Source: an uncultured Chloroflexia bacterium
GTDB taxonomy: Bacteria; Chloroflexota; Anaerolineae; CG2-30-64-16
Length of the DNA: 64,000 bases
Direction: 5' to 3'
Assembly (NCBI GenBank): GCA_963810095.1
Contig: CAWEMM010000001.1
Span: 1 to 64,000 of the forward strand
Part shown: positions 1 to 9,358 of the stretch, in pieces
Layout: each line of letters starts with the position of its first letter
Numbering within the stretch: position 1 is the first letter of the stretch
Made by a program: the position numbers and the translations under genes
Notes under the pieces: model-generated
What the model was told of the DNA's origin: nothing
Seen by the model: only the letters and a program-made list of their open reading frames with translations
The model's database searches: none

Positions 1-981
1 AGCACGTTCACACCAGAGAATGTTACCCGCCTGGAAAACAAGCTCTTTTTTGATGGCGTGAAACGGCGGCGGCAACTGGAGCAGTTCGCGGTGCTGCTCT
101 TCCTGGCGGCGATCATCGCCACCATGGGGGTCCTGGGGGATTCCACCGCCACTGTGATCGGTGCCATGATTATCTCGCCGCTCATGACGCCGATCATGGC
201 GACGGCGGCGGCGCTGGTGATGGGCCAGACGAGTCGGGCGGGCCGTTCTTTTCTTACCGTGGCGATTGGTGTGCTGGGGGTGATCGCGCTGTCGTTTTTT
301 CTCGCGCTCTGCTACAACATCGTGATTGGCGGAGTGGTTAACTTTGCGGTCAATTCACAGGTTCTCGCGCGCATTTCGCCACGCGTGATTGATCTGGTTG
401 CCGCGCTGGCCTCAGGCGCAGCCGGAGCTTTCTGCATGAGCCGCGAGGACATTTCTGACTCACTGGCCGGCGTGGCGATTTCGATTTCCCTGGTGCCGCC
501 GCTGTGCGTCGTTGGCATTAGTCTGCACAGTGGGCAACTGGCGGCGGCCGAGGGTGCATTCCTGTTGTTTCTCACCAACTTCCTCTCGATTTTACTGGCA
601 GGTGGTGGCGTCTTGGCGTTGCTGGGCCTGGGTCGCGCGGCTACCAAAGACATTAACGGCGCGGCCCGACGCAATGCGTTCATCGCCATCGGGGCGGGCA
701 TTTTGATTGTTGCGGTGCCGCTGGCGATGACAGGCGCGCGTATCGCTGCAGATACCAGAGCCCAGTTGGACAGTAAGGAAGTCGTCGGAGCATGGCTTGC
801 CAGGACTGACTATAGGATACGCGACCTCCAAGCCAGCGATCAGCAGATTAACATCATCATCATCGGCCATGGAGAACCACCTGCTTTTGCCGACCTGGTT
901 GCCGGCCTCAACGGGAAGCTTCAACGCCCGATCAAGGTGAGCCTGGATATTATCCCGGCCACAAGCATGACTACTCCATGA
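1..981 (+). CDS. DUF389 (TIGR00341-like) membrane protein, 5' end probably outside the window
   Basis: Frame is open from base 1. Motifs VIGAMIISPLMTPI, LAGVAISISLVPPL and LFLTN; multiple TM segments. Confidence 0.85.
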   Translation, partial: STFTPENVTRLENKLFFDGVKRRRQLEQFAVLLFLAAIIATMGVLGDSTATVIGAMIISPLMTPIMATAAALVMGQTSRAGRSFLTVAIGVLGVIALSFFLALCYNIVIGGVVNFAVNSQVLARISPRVIDLVAALASGAAGAFCMSREDISDSLAGVAISISLVPPLCVVGISLHSGQLAAAEGAFLLFLTNFLSILLAGGGVLALLGLGRAATKDINGAARRNAFIAIGAGILIVAVPLAMTGARIAADTRAQLDSKEVVGAWLARTDYRIRDLQASDQQINIIIIGHGEPPAFADLVAGLNGKLQRPIKVSLDIIPATSMTTP

Positions 982-1134
982 CTTCAGAGTTCAAGCCGGG
1001 CTGAAGTGTCGAGTGCGGTGCACGATTTACTGAGGGATGACAAGATAGCAGTGGAATTCGGTCTGAGCAGATACAAGTAAAGAAATCCATCGAATGCAGA
1101 CAGGCTCTAAACACTGACAAAAGGAGTCACACCG

Positions 1135-2076
1135 ATGCTAGCGCCACTGGAAACATGGAACGACGGCACCGCCAAGAGCGCCATCCTCGACTTTGTTACG
1201 AGAGTCACCACGACAGATGGGCCGGACTTTGTGCCGCCCGCCGAGCGCATCGCCACCTTCGACAATGACGGCACGCTCTGGCTCGAAAAGCCTATATACA
1301 TCCAACTCCAACACGGCTTGCGCGCCATCGGCAAGGCGGCGGCGGAGAAGCCGGAACTGCGCGATCGCCAACCGTTCAAGGCTGTCTACGAGAAAGACAT
1401 GGCCTGGCTCGGCAAGGCCGCGGCGGATTATGCGAAAGGCGACCCTAGCGGCGTCTTTACCCTGGTCATGGGCCTGGCCGAGGTACTGGAGGGCATCACC
1501 GTCGAAGCGTTTGAGGCGGACGTGCTGGACTTCCTGTCCAATGCGCAGGATGCCCGCTTCAAGACTCCGTACAAGCAGCTCACCTACAAGCCGATGGTTG
1601 AATTGGTGCATTTCTTGCAGGACAACGGCTTCCAGGTCTACATCACCTCCGGCGGCGGTCGGGATTTCATGCGGGCTGTCTGCGAGGAAATCTACAACAT
1701 CCCGCGCGCCATGACCATCGGGAGCAGCGTGACGTTCACCTACAGTGAGGATGCGCAAGGCGTCAGCCAGATCACGCGCACCAAGGAGATCGAGCAGCCA
1801 ATCGACGACGGGCCGGGCAAGCCGCCGCACATCCATCGCGCGATTGGGCGGCGGCCGATCATGGCGGCGGGTAACTCGGATGGCGACATACATATGCTGA
1901 AGTACGCGAAGGGCCGCGATAGATTATCATTGGCTTTGCTGGTCCATCACGACGACGCCGAATGCGAGTACGCCTACGACAATGGCACAGAGAAGGCGTT
2001 GCAGCTGGCGACCAAAGAGGGATGGGTCGTCGTGAGCATGAAGAACGATTGGAAGACGGTGTTTGATCTGCCCTGA
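1135..2076 (+). CDS. HAD-family hydrolase (non-specific acid phosphatase-like)
   Basis: RIATFDNDGTLW motif I, AGNSDGD motif, VVSMKNDWKTVF C-terminus; AAGGAG RBS. Confidence 0.9.
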   Translation: MLAPLETWNDGTAKSAILDFVTRVTTTDGPDFVPPAERIATFDNDGTLWLEKPIYIQLQHGLRAIGKAAAEKPELRDRQPFKAVYEKDMAWLGKAAADYAKGDPSGVFTLVMGLAEVLEGITVEAFEADVLDFLSNAQDARFKTPYKQLTYKPMVELVHFLQDNGFQVYITSGGGRDFMRAVCEEIYNIPRAMTIGSSVTFTYSEDAQGVSQITRTKEIEQPIDDGPGKPPHIHRAIGRRPIMAAGNSDGDIHMLKYAKGRDRLSLALLVHHDDAECEYAYDNGTEKALQLATKEGWVVVSMKNDWKTVFDLP

Positions 2077-2107
2077 GCCGCAACGCCGTCGCAGACGGTG
2101 ACTGACA

Positions 2108-2794
2108 ATGTCTGACTTCTTCCGGAACCGCTCTGAATCTCTCTCGATGGTCGTGCTTGTCTTGCTGGTGGTCGTAGCTCTGCAGGGAAGCATTTCCTAC
2201 AGCGCAACTTTCGGCCTGCTGGGTCGCTATATCCCGCGGCTTCAAGATAGCCCTGTAGCGGGGGGCTGGCTCGCGCTGCGGGGCATGTTGATGATCGTGA
2301 TCCTGCTCTTGTGGCTCATGGCGCGCAAACGTCGTCTGTTTCGAGCCATCATCATCACGAATGGTCTTCTGACATTCGGGCTATTCATGAACATGTCGGC
2401 TTTGCTGGATTCGCTGGCGCGGGTGACGTCGAAGGCAGCCAGACTGCTGGTGGTCGATGTGGTCCTCATGGCGGTCACGAACATCCTGATCTTCTCGATC
2501 TGGTATTGGATCATCGATCCGCCGGGACTTGACGAGACGCAACGCACGGACGCGCCCTGGGACTTCCTGTTTCCGCAGCGCGGCGCCAGCTTGCCGCACT
2601 ACGAATTGTGGGTGCCCAGGTACACGGATTACCTGTACCTGGCCTTCACGACGAGTTTCGCGTTCAGTCCGGCCGATACGCTGCCGCTAACCCGCCGGGC
2701 AAAGATGTTGATGCTCTTGCAGTCTGCCATTTCGATCATCACCCTGACCGGGATTGCGAGCAGCGCGATCAACCTGCTCGCAGGAAGTAATTGA
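2108..2794 (+). CDS. DUF1345-like membrane protein
   Basis: DFLFPQ, WVPRYTDYLYLAFTTSFAFSPADTLPLTRRAKMLM signature. Confidence 0.8.
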   Translation: MSDFFRNRSESLSMVVLVLLVVVALQGSISYSATFGLLGRYIPRLQDSPVAGGWLALRGMLMIVILLLWLMARKRRLFRAIIITNGLLTFGLFMNMSALLDSLARVTSKAARLLVVDVVLMAVTNILIFSIWYWIIDPPGLDETQRTDAPWDFLFPQRGASLPHYELWVPRYTDYLYLAFTTSFAFSPADTLPLTRRAKMLMLLQSAISIITLTGIASSAINLLAGSN

Positions 2795-2896
2795 GAGGCC
2801 AGACGCAAGGCAATCGAGATCAGACATGATTAACGAGGCTGAAACGGGCTGTCCAGCGCCTACCTGGACTGAAAATACGATACAGGAGGATTCCCC

Positions 2897-4660
2897 ATGT
2901 CTACAGTAGTCATTGAACCTGCGCGGCCAAAGCCGAATGCGCTGCAGCGCTTCCTGCCGATTCTGGTGTGGCTGCCGCGGTACAACAAGGCCTGGCTGAT
3001 GGGGGATATCATCGCCGGACTGTCGGTCTGGGCCTTGATGGTGCCGCAGTCGCTTGGGTATGCAACCATCAGCGGTGTTCCTGTGCAGTATGGCCTGTAT
3101 GCCGCGGCCCTCGCCTTGTTGGTGTTTCCGTTGTTCACGACCTCACTGCATGTAATTACGGGACCCAGTTCTACCATTGCGGCAGTGACGGGGGCTGCGG
3201 TGGTCCTGGCGACCACGGCTGACTCTCCCGAGGCGATCCAGTTGGTGGCATCGATCACCATTGCGGCCGGTTTGATGTACATCATCCTCTCAATCTTCAA
3301 GATGGGTTGGATTTCCAATTTCCTCTCCGAGAGCGTACTGACGGGTTTCATTTTCGGAATCGGGATCGACGTTGTCGTCGGTCAGTTGGGGAAGATCACC
3401 GGCACATCGGAGAGTGGGGCAAACACCTGGCAGAAATTCGCCAGTTGGATCCAGAGTCTCCCGCAGACGAACCTGCCCACGCTTATCTTGGGCGCCGGGT
3501 TGATCGCGCTGTTGGTGCTTTTGCGCTTCCGCGCTCCCAAGGTGCCAGGCGCACTGGTGGCCGTGATCATCGGTATCGGGGCCGCGCTCATCTTTCCGCT
3601 GGCCGAGATGGGGGTCAAGCTGACCGGACCGGTGCCAAGTGGGTTGCCCACCTTAGTGCTGCCGAGCCTTTCCTTCTTCGTCGCAAATATCGCTGTAGTG
3701 ATGCCTGCCGCCATCGGTGTGCTGCTGGTTGGCTTTTCGGAATCGCTGGCTGCCGCCAGGCAGTATAGCGCCAAGTATCACTATGATATCAGCGTCGACC
3801 AGGAGATGATGGCCCAAGGCATGGCCAATGCGGCCTCCGGATTGTTCCAGGGCATCAATGTGGACGGCAGCCTTTCGAAGAGTGCGCTCAACGATAGCTC
3901 GGGCGGGAAGACGCCGGTAGCCTCGCTCGCGCAGGGGGTTTTTGTCATTCTGACGCTACTGTTCCTGGCGCCCCTGTTCGCTAACTTGCCCTCGGCTGCC
4001 CTCGGCGCGATCGTCATCATCGCCGTCGTCTTCGGCCTGTTTAGGATCCCGGAGATGCGGCGGCTCGCACGCATGTCTTCCGTCGAGTTCTGGCTGGCGA
4101 TGGCGGCCCTGTTGGGTGTGCTCACATTCGGGACGCTGCAAGGCGTTTTTATCGGCGTCTTCCTGTCGCTGACCTGGTTGGTCTGGCGCTCCTCACATCC
4201 AGCGATCCCGGTGCTCGGCAAGACGCCCGACGACAGCTCGTACTACAGCGTCGAGAACCACCCAGATGCGGCCACATATCCCGGGCTGGTGGTCATCCGT
4301 TTTGACGGCCCATTGTTCTTCGCGACGGCGAGTAGCCTGCGAGCCCGTGTGCGCGAGTTGACGCGCGATGTCGCTCCGCCTGTGACTGCGGTGGTCCTGG
4401 ATATGGAGAGCACCGCGTTGATCGATCTGGAGGGATCCGATGAGCTGCAGGAAGTGGCCAAAGAACTGAAAGAGCTGGGCATCGAGCTGCATCTGTCTCG
4501 GACGAAGGTCAAGGTCAAAGAGATCCTCGTCAAGGACGGTGTTCTGGAAACCATCCCCGAACATCGTTTTCATCCTTCCGTTCACCATGCCGTGAATGCC
4601 ACGATGAAGGCCACTCCGCACGGAGCCGTGCAGGAAAAAGACGCACACCCTTTGGTGTGA
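2897..4660 (+). CDS. SulP-family anion permease with STAS domain
   Basis: GDIIAGLSV..VPQSLGYA..YGLYAA signature; C-terminal STAS (RFDGPLFFA, VVLDME); AGGAGG RBS. Confidence 0.93.
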   Translation: MSTVVIEPARPKPNALQRFLPILVWLPRYNKAWLMGDIIAGLSVWALMVPQSLGYATISGVPVQYGLYAAALALLVFPLFTTSLHVITGPSSTIAAVTGAAVVLATTADSPEAIQLVASITIAAGLMYIILSIFKMGWISNFLSESVLTGFIFGIGIDVVVGQLGKITGTSESGANTWQKFASWIQSLPQTNLPTLILGAGLIALLVLLRFRAPKVPGALVAVIIGIGAALIFPLAEMGVKLTGPVPSGLPTLVLPSLSFFVANIAVVMPAAIGVLLVGFSESLAAARQYSAKYHYDISVDQEMMAQGMANAASGLFQGINVDGSLSKSALNDSSGGKTPVASLAQGVFVILTLLFLAPLFANLPSAALGAIVIIAVVFGLFRIPEMRRLARMSSVEFWLAMAALLGVLTFGTLQGVFIGVFLSLTWLVWRSSHPAIPVLGKTPDDSSYYSVENHPDAATYPGLVVIRFDGPLFFATASSLRARVRELTRDVAPPVTAVVLDMESTALIDLEGSDELQEVAKELKELGIELHLSRTKVKVKEILVKDGVLETIPEHRFHPSVHHAVNATMKATPHGAVQEKDAHPLV

Positions 4661-4720
4661 ACTAAGGGAGATGCTGAGCCTCCGATTGAAGCACTATCCA
4701 ACTCCCAACTGAAACACATA

Positions 4721-4872
4721 CTCACATTCTACGGGATGATTCTCACTAACTTCGGGATGCGACAAAGGCGTCCGTTATGTCAATAGACGTGACCTATACT
4801 GCGGTTGTGTCGACATAACATCTATAGTGTGAACATGGTATCGATGGCAGAAGTAGACATAACAAAGGACGC
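4721..4872. repeat. Cluster of 21-bp-phased direct repeats and GTTRTGTC half-sites (att/res/operator-like)
   Basis: CTCAC-N6-CGGGATG at 4721 and 4742; GTTATGTC at 4774; GTTGTGTC/GACATAAC at 4804-4819; GACATAAC at 4856. Confidence 0.55.
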
Positions 4873-4942
4873 AGTATCACGGTCGACTATCGAGTAAATT
4901 GATGTTGCGCGCCGGCCGAGCGATCTGTGCCCGGTGGGCGGC

Positions 4943-5602
4943 TCAGTAGAACCGCATCACCGGCCAGCCGCGCTCGGTTGCGATCTTGAGGAGTTTCTTG
5001 CTGGGGTTCACCGCGACCGGATGCCCGACGGCTTCCAGCAGCGGCAGATCGGAGGCGCTGTCACTGTAGAAATAGCTCTTCTGGAGGTCGATGTCATGCC
5101 GTGCGGCGTAGGCTGTGGTGCGCGTCACCTTGCCGTCCCCGTAGCACGCAGGTTCTACGATCCGGCCGGTGAAGCGGCCTTCCAGAACCTCGAGCTCGGT
5201 CGCGATATACGCGTCCCCCAGCGCCAGTGCGCCAGCGACGGGCTTGACCGCATACGGCGTCGATGCCGACACGATGGCCACATGATGGCCCTCGGCGCGG
5301 TGCCACCCAACGCGCTCGCGGCCTCCGTCGGCCAGGTAGTGCCGCAGCATACTCTCGTACCAGGTGTCGCTCATCCGCCAGGCTTCCGCCTCGTCCGTGC
5401 CGCCCACGTAGAGCATCAGGCGGCTAATGAGCCTGGGAAAGTCCGTCACGCCCATTATGTAAAGTGCCACTTGTCCGCTGATGTATGCCCACCGGTGCAG
5501 CGGCAACTGGCCGGTCTGGCGCAGCCACTTGATGTAGAGGCGACCGGAGGCAGCGCTCAGGAGCGTGTTGTCCATGTCGAAGAAAGCCCCAATGGTCCCC
5601 AT
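4943..5602 (-). CDS. HAD-IB family hydrolase (SerB-like)
   Basis: AFFDMDNTL, IVSAS and YSDSASDLPLLEAVGHPVAVNP motifs. Confidence 0.9.
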   Translation of the reverse strand: MGTIGAFFDMDNTLLSAASGRLYIKWLRQTGQLPLHRWAYISGQVALYIMGVTDFPRLISRLMLYVGGTDEAEAWRMSDTWYESMLRHYLADGGRERVGWHRAEGHHVAIVSASTPYAVKPVAGALALGDAYIATELEVLEGRFTGRIVEPACYGDGKVTRTTAYAARHDIDLQKSYFYSDSASDLPLLEAVGHPVAVNPSKKLLKIATERGWPVMRFY

Positions 5603-5630
5603 ATTCGTCTCATCGTAGGCGCTGTAACCC

Positions 5631-5728
5631 AATAGGACGCAAATGACGCGGATGGAGCAGATTCACAGGACCGGTAGTCGTCAGAGATCCCGTGAATCGG
5701 TCCCAATCTGCGCTATCTGCGTCCTAAT
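5631..5728. repeat. ~95-bp periodic palindromic element, family A copy 1
   Basis: AATAGGACGC...TGCGTCCTAAT termini; GAT/ATC recurring about every 9 nt in the arms. Confidence 0.8.
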
Positions 5729-7044
5729 CAGATCGTCGAATACTCGTCAAAACGCGGGCGCATGCTGGTCGGCACGCGTGCCACGACGGCCGTGCCGGTC
5801 TCCTTGTGCTCCTCGGTGAGCACCAGGCCGCGCTGGTGGATCAGACCGAGCAGGTCGCCCCGCTGGTACGGCAGCAACACGTCGATGAGCGCCATATCCT
5901 CGTCCAACACCTGCTCCAGCCGCTCCAGCAACTCGGTCATCCCCTGCCCCGTCAGCGCCGAGATCGGGACGCTGTTGGGCAAACCCGCTTCCGAGAGGTC
6001 GATCTCTTCCGCGCCCGGCAGTTGATCGATCTTGTTCAGCGCGGTGATCATCGGCTGATCTGTTGCCTCCAGCTCGCCCAGCACCTCGAGCACTGTGGCG
6101 ACTTGTTCCTCGACATTCTCGTGCGTTATGTCTACAATGTGGACGATCACATCCGCGTCGGCGATCTCCTCGAGGGTCGCGCGGAACGCAGCCACGAGCG
6201 CCGTAGGCAGCTTCTGGATGAAGCCCACGGTGTCGGTGAACAGCACTTCCCTGCCCCCCGGCAGCTTGACGCGGCGGGTGGTCGGGTCGAGCGTAGCGAA
6301 GAGCTGGTCGGCCGCGTACACGTCCGAGCCGCTCAGCGCATTTAGCAGCGTCGATTTGCCCGCGTTGGTGTAGCCGACGAGCGCCACGACCGGAATGGCT
6401 TCCTCGGTGCGCCGCCTGCGATACTGGGCGCGGTGTTTGCGCACCTCTTCCAATTCGCGCTTGAGATGCGCGATGCGGCGGCCGATCTCGCGGCGGTCGA
6501 CTTCCAGCTGGGTCTCGCCAGGGCCGCGCAGACCCACGCCGCCGTTGCCGCCCCGGCCCGCGGCGCCGCCGGTTTGGCGTGCCAGGTGGGTCCAGGCGCG
6601 CGTCAGGCGGGGCAGCCGGTACTCGAGCTGCGCAAGCTCAACCTGCAGCGCACCCTCGCGCGTATGTGCGTGCTGGGCAAATATGTCGAGGATCAGCGCG
6701 GTCCGGTCCAGCACCTTGACGTTGTCGTTGTGGATGGCCTTCTCGAGCTCGCGCTGCTGCCCGGGCGACAACTCCTCGTCGAAAATGACCACGCCTGCGC
6801 CCGTGTCGGCCCGCAGCGCCACGAGCTCCTCAACCTTGCCCGAGCCGATCAACGTGGCCGGGTTTGCGCGGTCCAGCCGCTGTTCCAGCGACCCGACGAC
6901 ACGCAGCCCGGCCGTGTCGGCCAGGCGCGCCAGCTCGGCCAGCGAGTCTTCCATCGACCAGGTGGCGGGCTTGCCCTTGAACTCGATCCCCACCAACAGC
7001 GCGGTTTCCTGCGGCAGTTGGGTGTCCTGCAGTTGATTTCTGAT
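5728..7044 (-). CDS. hflX: GTPase HflX
   Basis: GYTNAGKST, DQLFATLDPT, DTVGFI, NKID and GPGETQLEVDRR motifs. Start placed at an in-frame ATC 6 nt after GGAGG (uncertain). Confidence 0.95.
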   Translation of the reverse strand: MRNQLQDTQLPQETALLVGIEFKGKPATWSMEDSLAELARLADTAGLRVVGSLEQRLDRANPATLIGSGKVEELVALRADTGAGVVIFDEELSPGQQRELEKAIHNDNVKVLDRTALILDIFAQHAHTREGALQVELAQLEYRLPRLTRAWTHLARQTGGAAGRGGNGGVGLRGPGETQLEVDRREIGRRIAHLKRELEEVRKHRAQYRRRRTEEAIPVVALVGYTNAGKSTLLNALSGSDVYAADQLFATLDPTTRRVKLPGGREVLFTDTVGFIQKLPTALVAAFRATLEEIADADVIVHIVDITHENVEEQVATVLEVLGELEATDQPMITALNKIDQLPGAEEIDLSEAGLPNSVPISALTGQGMTELLERLEQVLDEDMALIDVLLPYQRGDLLGLIHQRGLVLTEEHKETGTAVVARVPTSMRPRFDEYSTI

Positions 7045-7068
7045 AGCTCTCCTCCACGTCAGGAACGA

Positions 7069-7164
7069 AATAGGACGCAGATCGAACTGATTGGACTGAT
7101 CTTCGCTGATTCTACCCCGTTAAGTTCATGCGAATCCGTCAGATCAGTTCAATCAGCGTCAGAT
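7069..7164. repeat. ~95-bp periodic palindromic element, family A copy 2
   Basis: AATAGGACGCAGAT CGAACTGAT TGGACTGAT ... ATCCGTCAG ATCAGTTCA ATCAGCGTC. Confidence 0.8.
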
Positions 7165-7165
7165 G

Positions 7166-8330
7166 TTATGGTTCCATTCGGCCCAGCCGGGCGACTGCTT
7201 CCATGAAGCGCTCGGTCGTTTGGCCGAGTGAGATGCGCAGGTAGCCTTCCCCGTGCGCGCCGAACGCCGAGCCGGGCGTCAGGCTCACGCCGGTGGCCTG
7301 CAGGATTTTGTCGGCAAACTCTGCCGAGCTCATCCCCCCGGGGACCCGTGGCCACAGATAGAGGCTGGCTGCGGGCAGCTCGCATTCGAGTCCCAGGTGG
7401 TCGACCAGCACCGGGTAGATGGCATCCCGCCGGCGTTGATACTCGGCGTTGCGGGCCGCGATCCAGCTCTGATCGCCCGTCAAGGCGGCCACTGCAGCGT
7501 CCTGCACGGCCAGAAAGATGCCGCTGTCCATGTTGCTCTTCATCTGGAGCAGCGCCGCAATCGCCGCCGCGTTCCCCACGGCCATGCCCACGCGCCAGCC
7601 GGCCATGTTGTGCGACTTGGAGAGCGAGTTGAACTCAACCGCGACCTGATCCGCACCGGCCACCTGCAACAGGCTGGGCGCGGCGTAGTTGTCGAAACAC
7701 ACGTCGGCATACGGCGCGTCGTGACACAACAGGATGTCGTATTGGCGGCAGAAGGCGACGGCTTGTTCAAAAAACGATAGGGGCGCAATTGCACCCGTCG
7801 GGTTGTTCGGGTAATTGAGCCACATCAGACGGGCCCGGCGAGCCGCCGCCTCGGGGATCGCGTCCAGGTCTGGCAGCCAGCCATTGGCCTCCGTAAGCGG
7901 CATGCAGTAGGCTTGGGCGCCCGCCATGGCAGCACTTGCGGCATAGGTCGGATAGCCGGGATCGGGCACGAGCGCGAGGTCGCCCGGATCGAGCCAGGCC
8001 AGCGCCATGTTCGCAATGCCCTCTTTGCTGCCCAACAGCGGCAGGACCTGGTTCGTCGCGCTCGAGGTTGACGCCGAAGCGGCTGCGATAATAGTCGACC
8101 ATTGCCTGGCGCAGCCTGGGGGTGCCCGTGTAGCCCGCGTAGCCGTGCCGGGTGGGGTCGGACGCGGAGCGGTAAAGCTGCTCCACGACGAAGTCGGGCG
8201 GCGGCCCGTCCGGGCTTCCGATGTCCAGCTTGATGATATCTACGCCCTGATCGCGCAACGCCTTGAGCTTGGCATCCAGGGTGGCAAATACGTACAGCGG
8301 TAAGGATTCCAGCCGGTGTGCAGCTCTCAC
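7166..8330 (-). CDS. PLP-dependent class I/II aminotransferase (LL-diaminopimelate aminotransferase-like), one indel near 8055
   Basis: GSKEGI, NYPNNPTG and SLSKSHNMAGWRVG motifs. The N-terminus (AHRLESLPLYVFA) is in an adjacent frame. Confidence 0.85.
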
Positions 8331-9292
8331 TGGTTTGTCGAGCTCCTCGGGGGTTTGATCGCTGCCTCTTCGAGCAGCGTTTCAAGCGTGCGGCCGACCC
8401 GGGCCAATGCATCCCCGGACACCTTGTCGGCCGTGTCCGCGGTCGTGTGCCAATAGGGATAGTCAAAGTCGATGAGGTCGACGGCCGGAATGCCCTTGCG
8501 CAGGAACGGCGTGTGGTCGTCCAGCATGCTGTATTTGACGGTCGGCAGGAACCATTTGCCGTAGCCTAGCTTATCGGCAGCCGCCCATACCTGCTCGGTC
8601 AACCACTCTGTCGAATTCTGTTCCTTGTAGATCTGCTGGTCCGCGTCGCCGATCATGTCCGCGATGATCACAGCTGCCGGCTTGATCGCGAGCTGCTCGG
8701 CAAAGTACGAGGATCCGGCGATGAACTGCCAGCCGTCCAGCCGCCCATTGTCTTCCGCATCGAAGAACACGAGCCAGACCTCGTTCTGCAATTTAGACTT
8801 GTCGAGCGCGCGTGCCAACTCGAGCAAGACCGCAACGCCGCTGGCGCCGTCGTTTGCACCCGGCACCGGGTCGTTGCGCTTGTCGGCCGAGGGATCATTG
8901 TCGGCCTTGCGCCGGGTGTCGTAATGCGCGCCGACGATGATCACCGGTCCCTTCCCCTGCCCCGCCTTGGCGATGATATTGCGTGCGGGCGTTTGGCGGT
9001 ACCTGAAATCCTGGTACTCGACATTCCAACCGTACTTGGTCAGTTTCTCGACGATGTACTGCTGCGCCTCGCGGATCCCCTCTGATCCACTAGGACGCGG
9101 CCCGATATCCGTCTGCGCGGTCACGTGCTTGTACGCCGCTCGGCCGTCGAAGTTCTTGCTGAACGAATCCGGGAAATACTTCCCCAGGCTGGGCGCCAGC
9201 ATGAACCCGAACCATACGACGATCCCTGCGAAGCCGAGCAAGAGCACGTTTTCAAGCCAGCGCTCGCGCAGCCAACTGCCCTTACTTCGCAT
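8327..9292 (-). CDS. M28-family peptidase / glutaminyl cyclase-like, N-terminal membrane anchor
   Basis: GAHYDT, GANDGASG, FFDAED, DMIGD, DDHTPF and WHTTADT motifs. Confidence 0.88.
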   Translation of the reverse strand: MRSKGSWLRERWLENVLLLGFAGIVVWFGFMLAPSLGKYFPDSFSKNFDGRAAYKHVTAQTDIGPRPSGSEGIREAQQYIVEKLTKYGWNVEYQDFRYRQTPARNIIAKAGQGKGPVIIVGAHYDTRRKADNDPSADKRNDPVPGANDGASGVAVLLELARALDKSKLQNEVWLVFFDAEDNGRLDGWQFIAGSSYFAEQLAIKPAAVIIADMIGDADQQIYKEQNSTEWLTEQVWAAADKLGYGKWFLPTVKYSMLDDHTPFLRKGIPAVDLIDFDYPYWHTTADTADKVSGDALARVGRTLETLLEEAAIKPPRSSTNQ

Positions 9293-9358
9293 AGCCTATC
9301 TGCTCCTCTCAAAAATCCAATCGATGTTCGCTGCACAATTCTATTGCTACACGAAATC

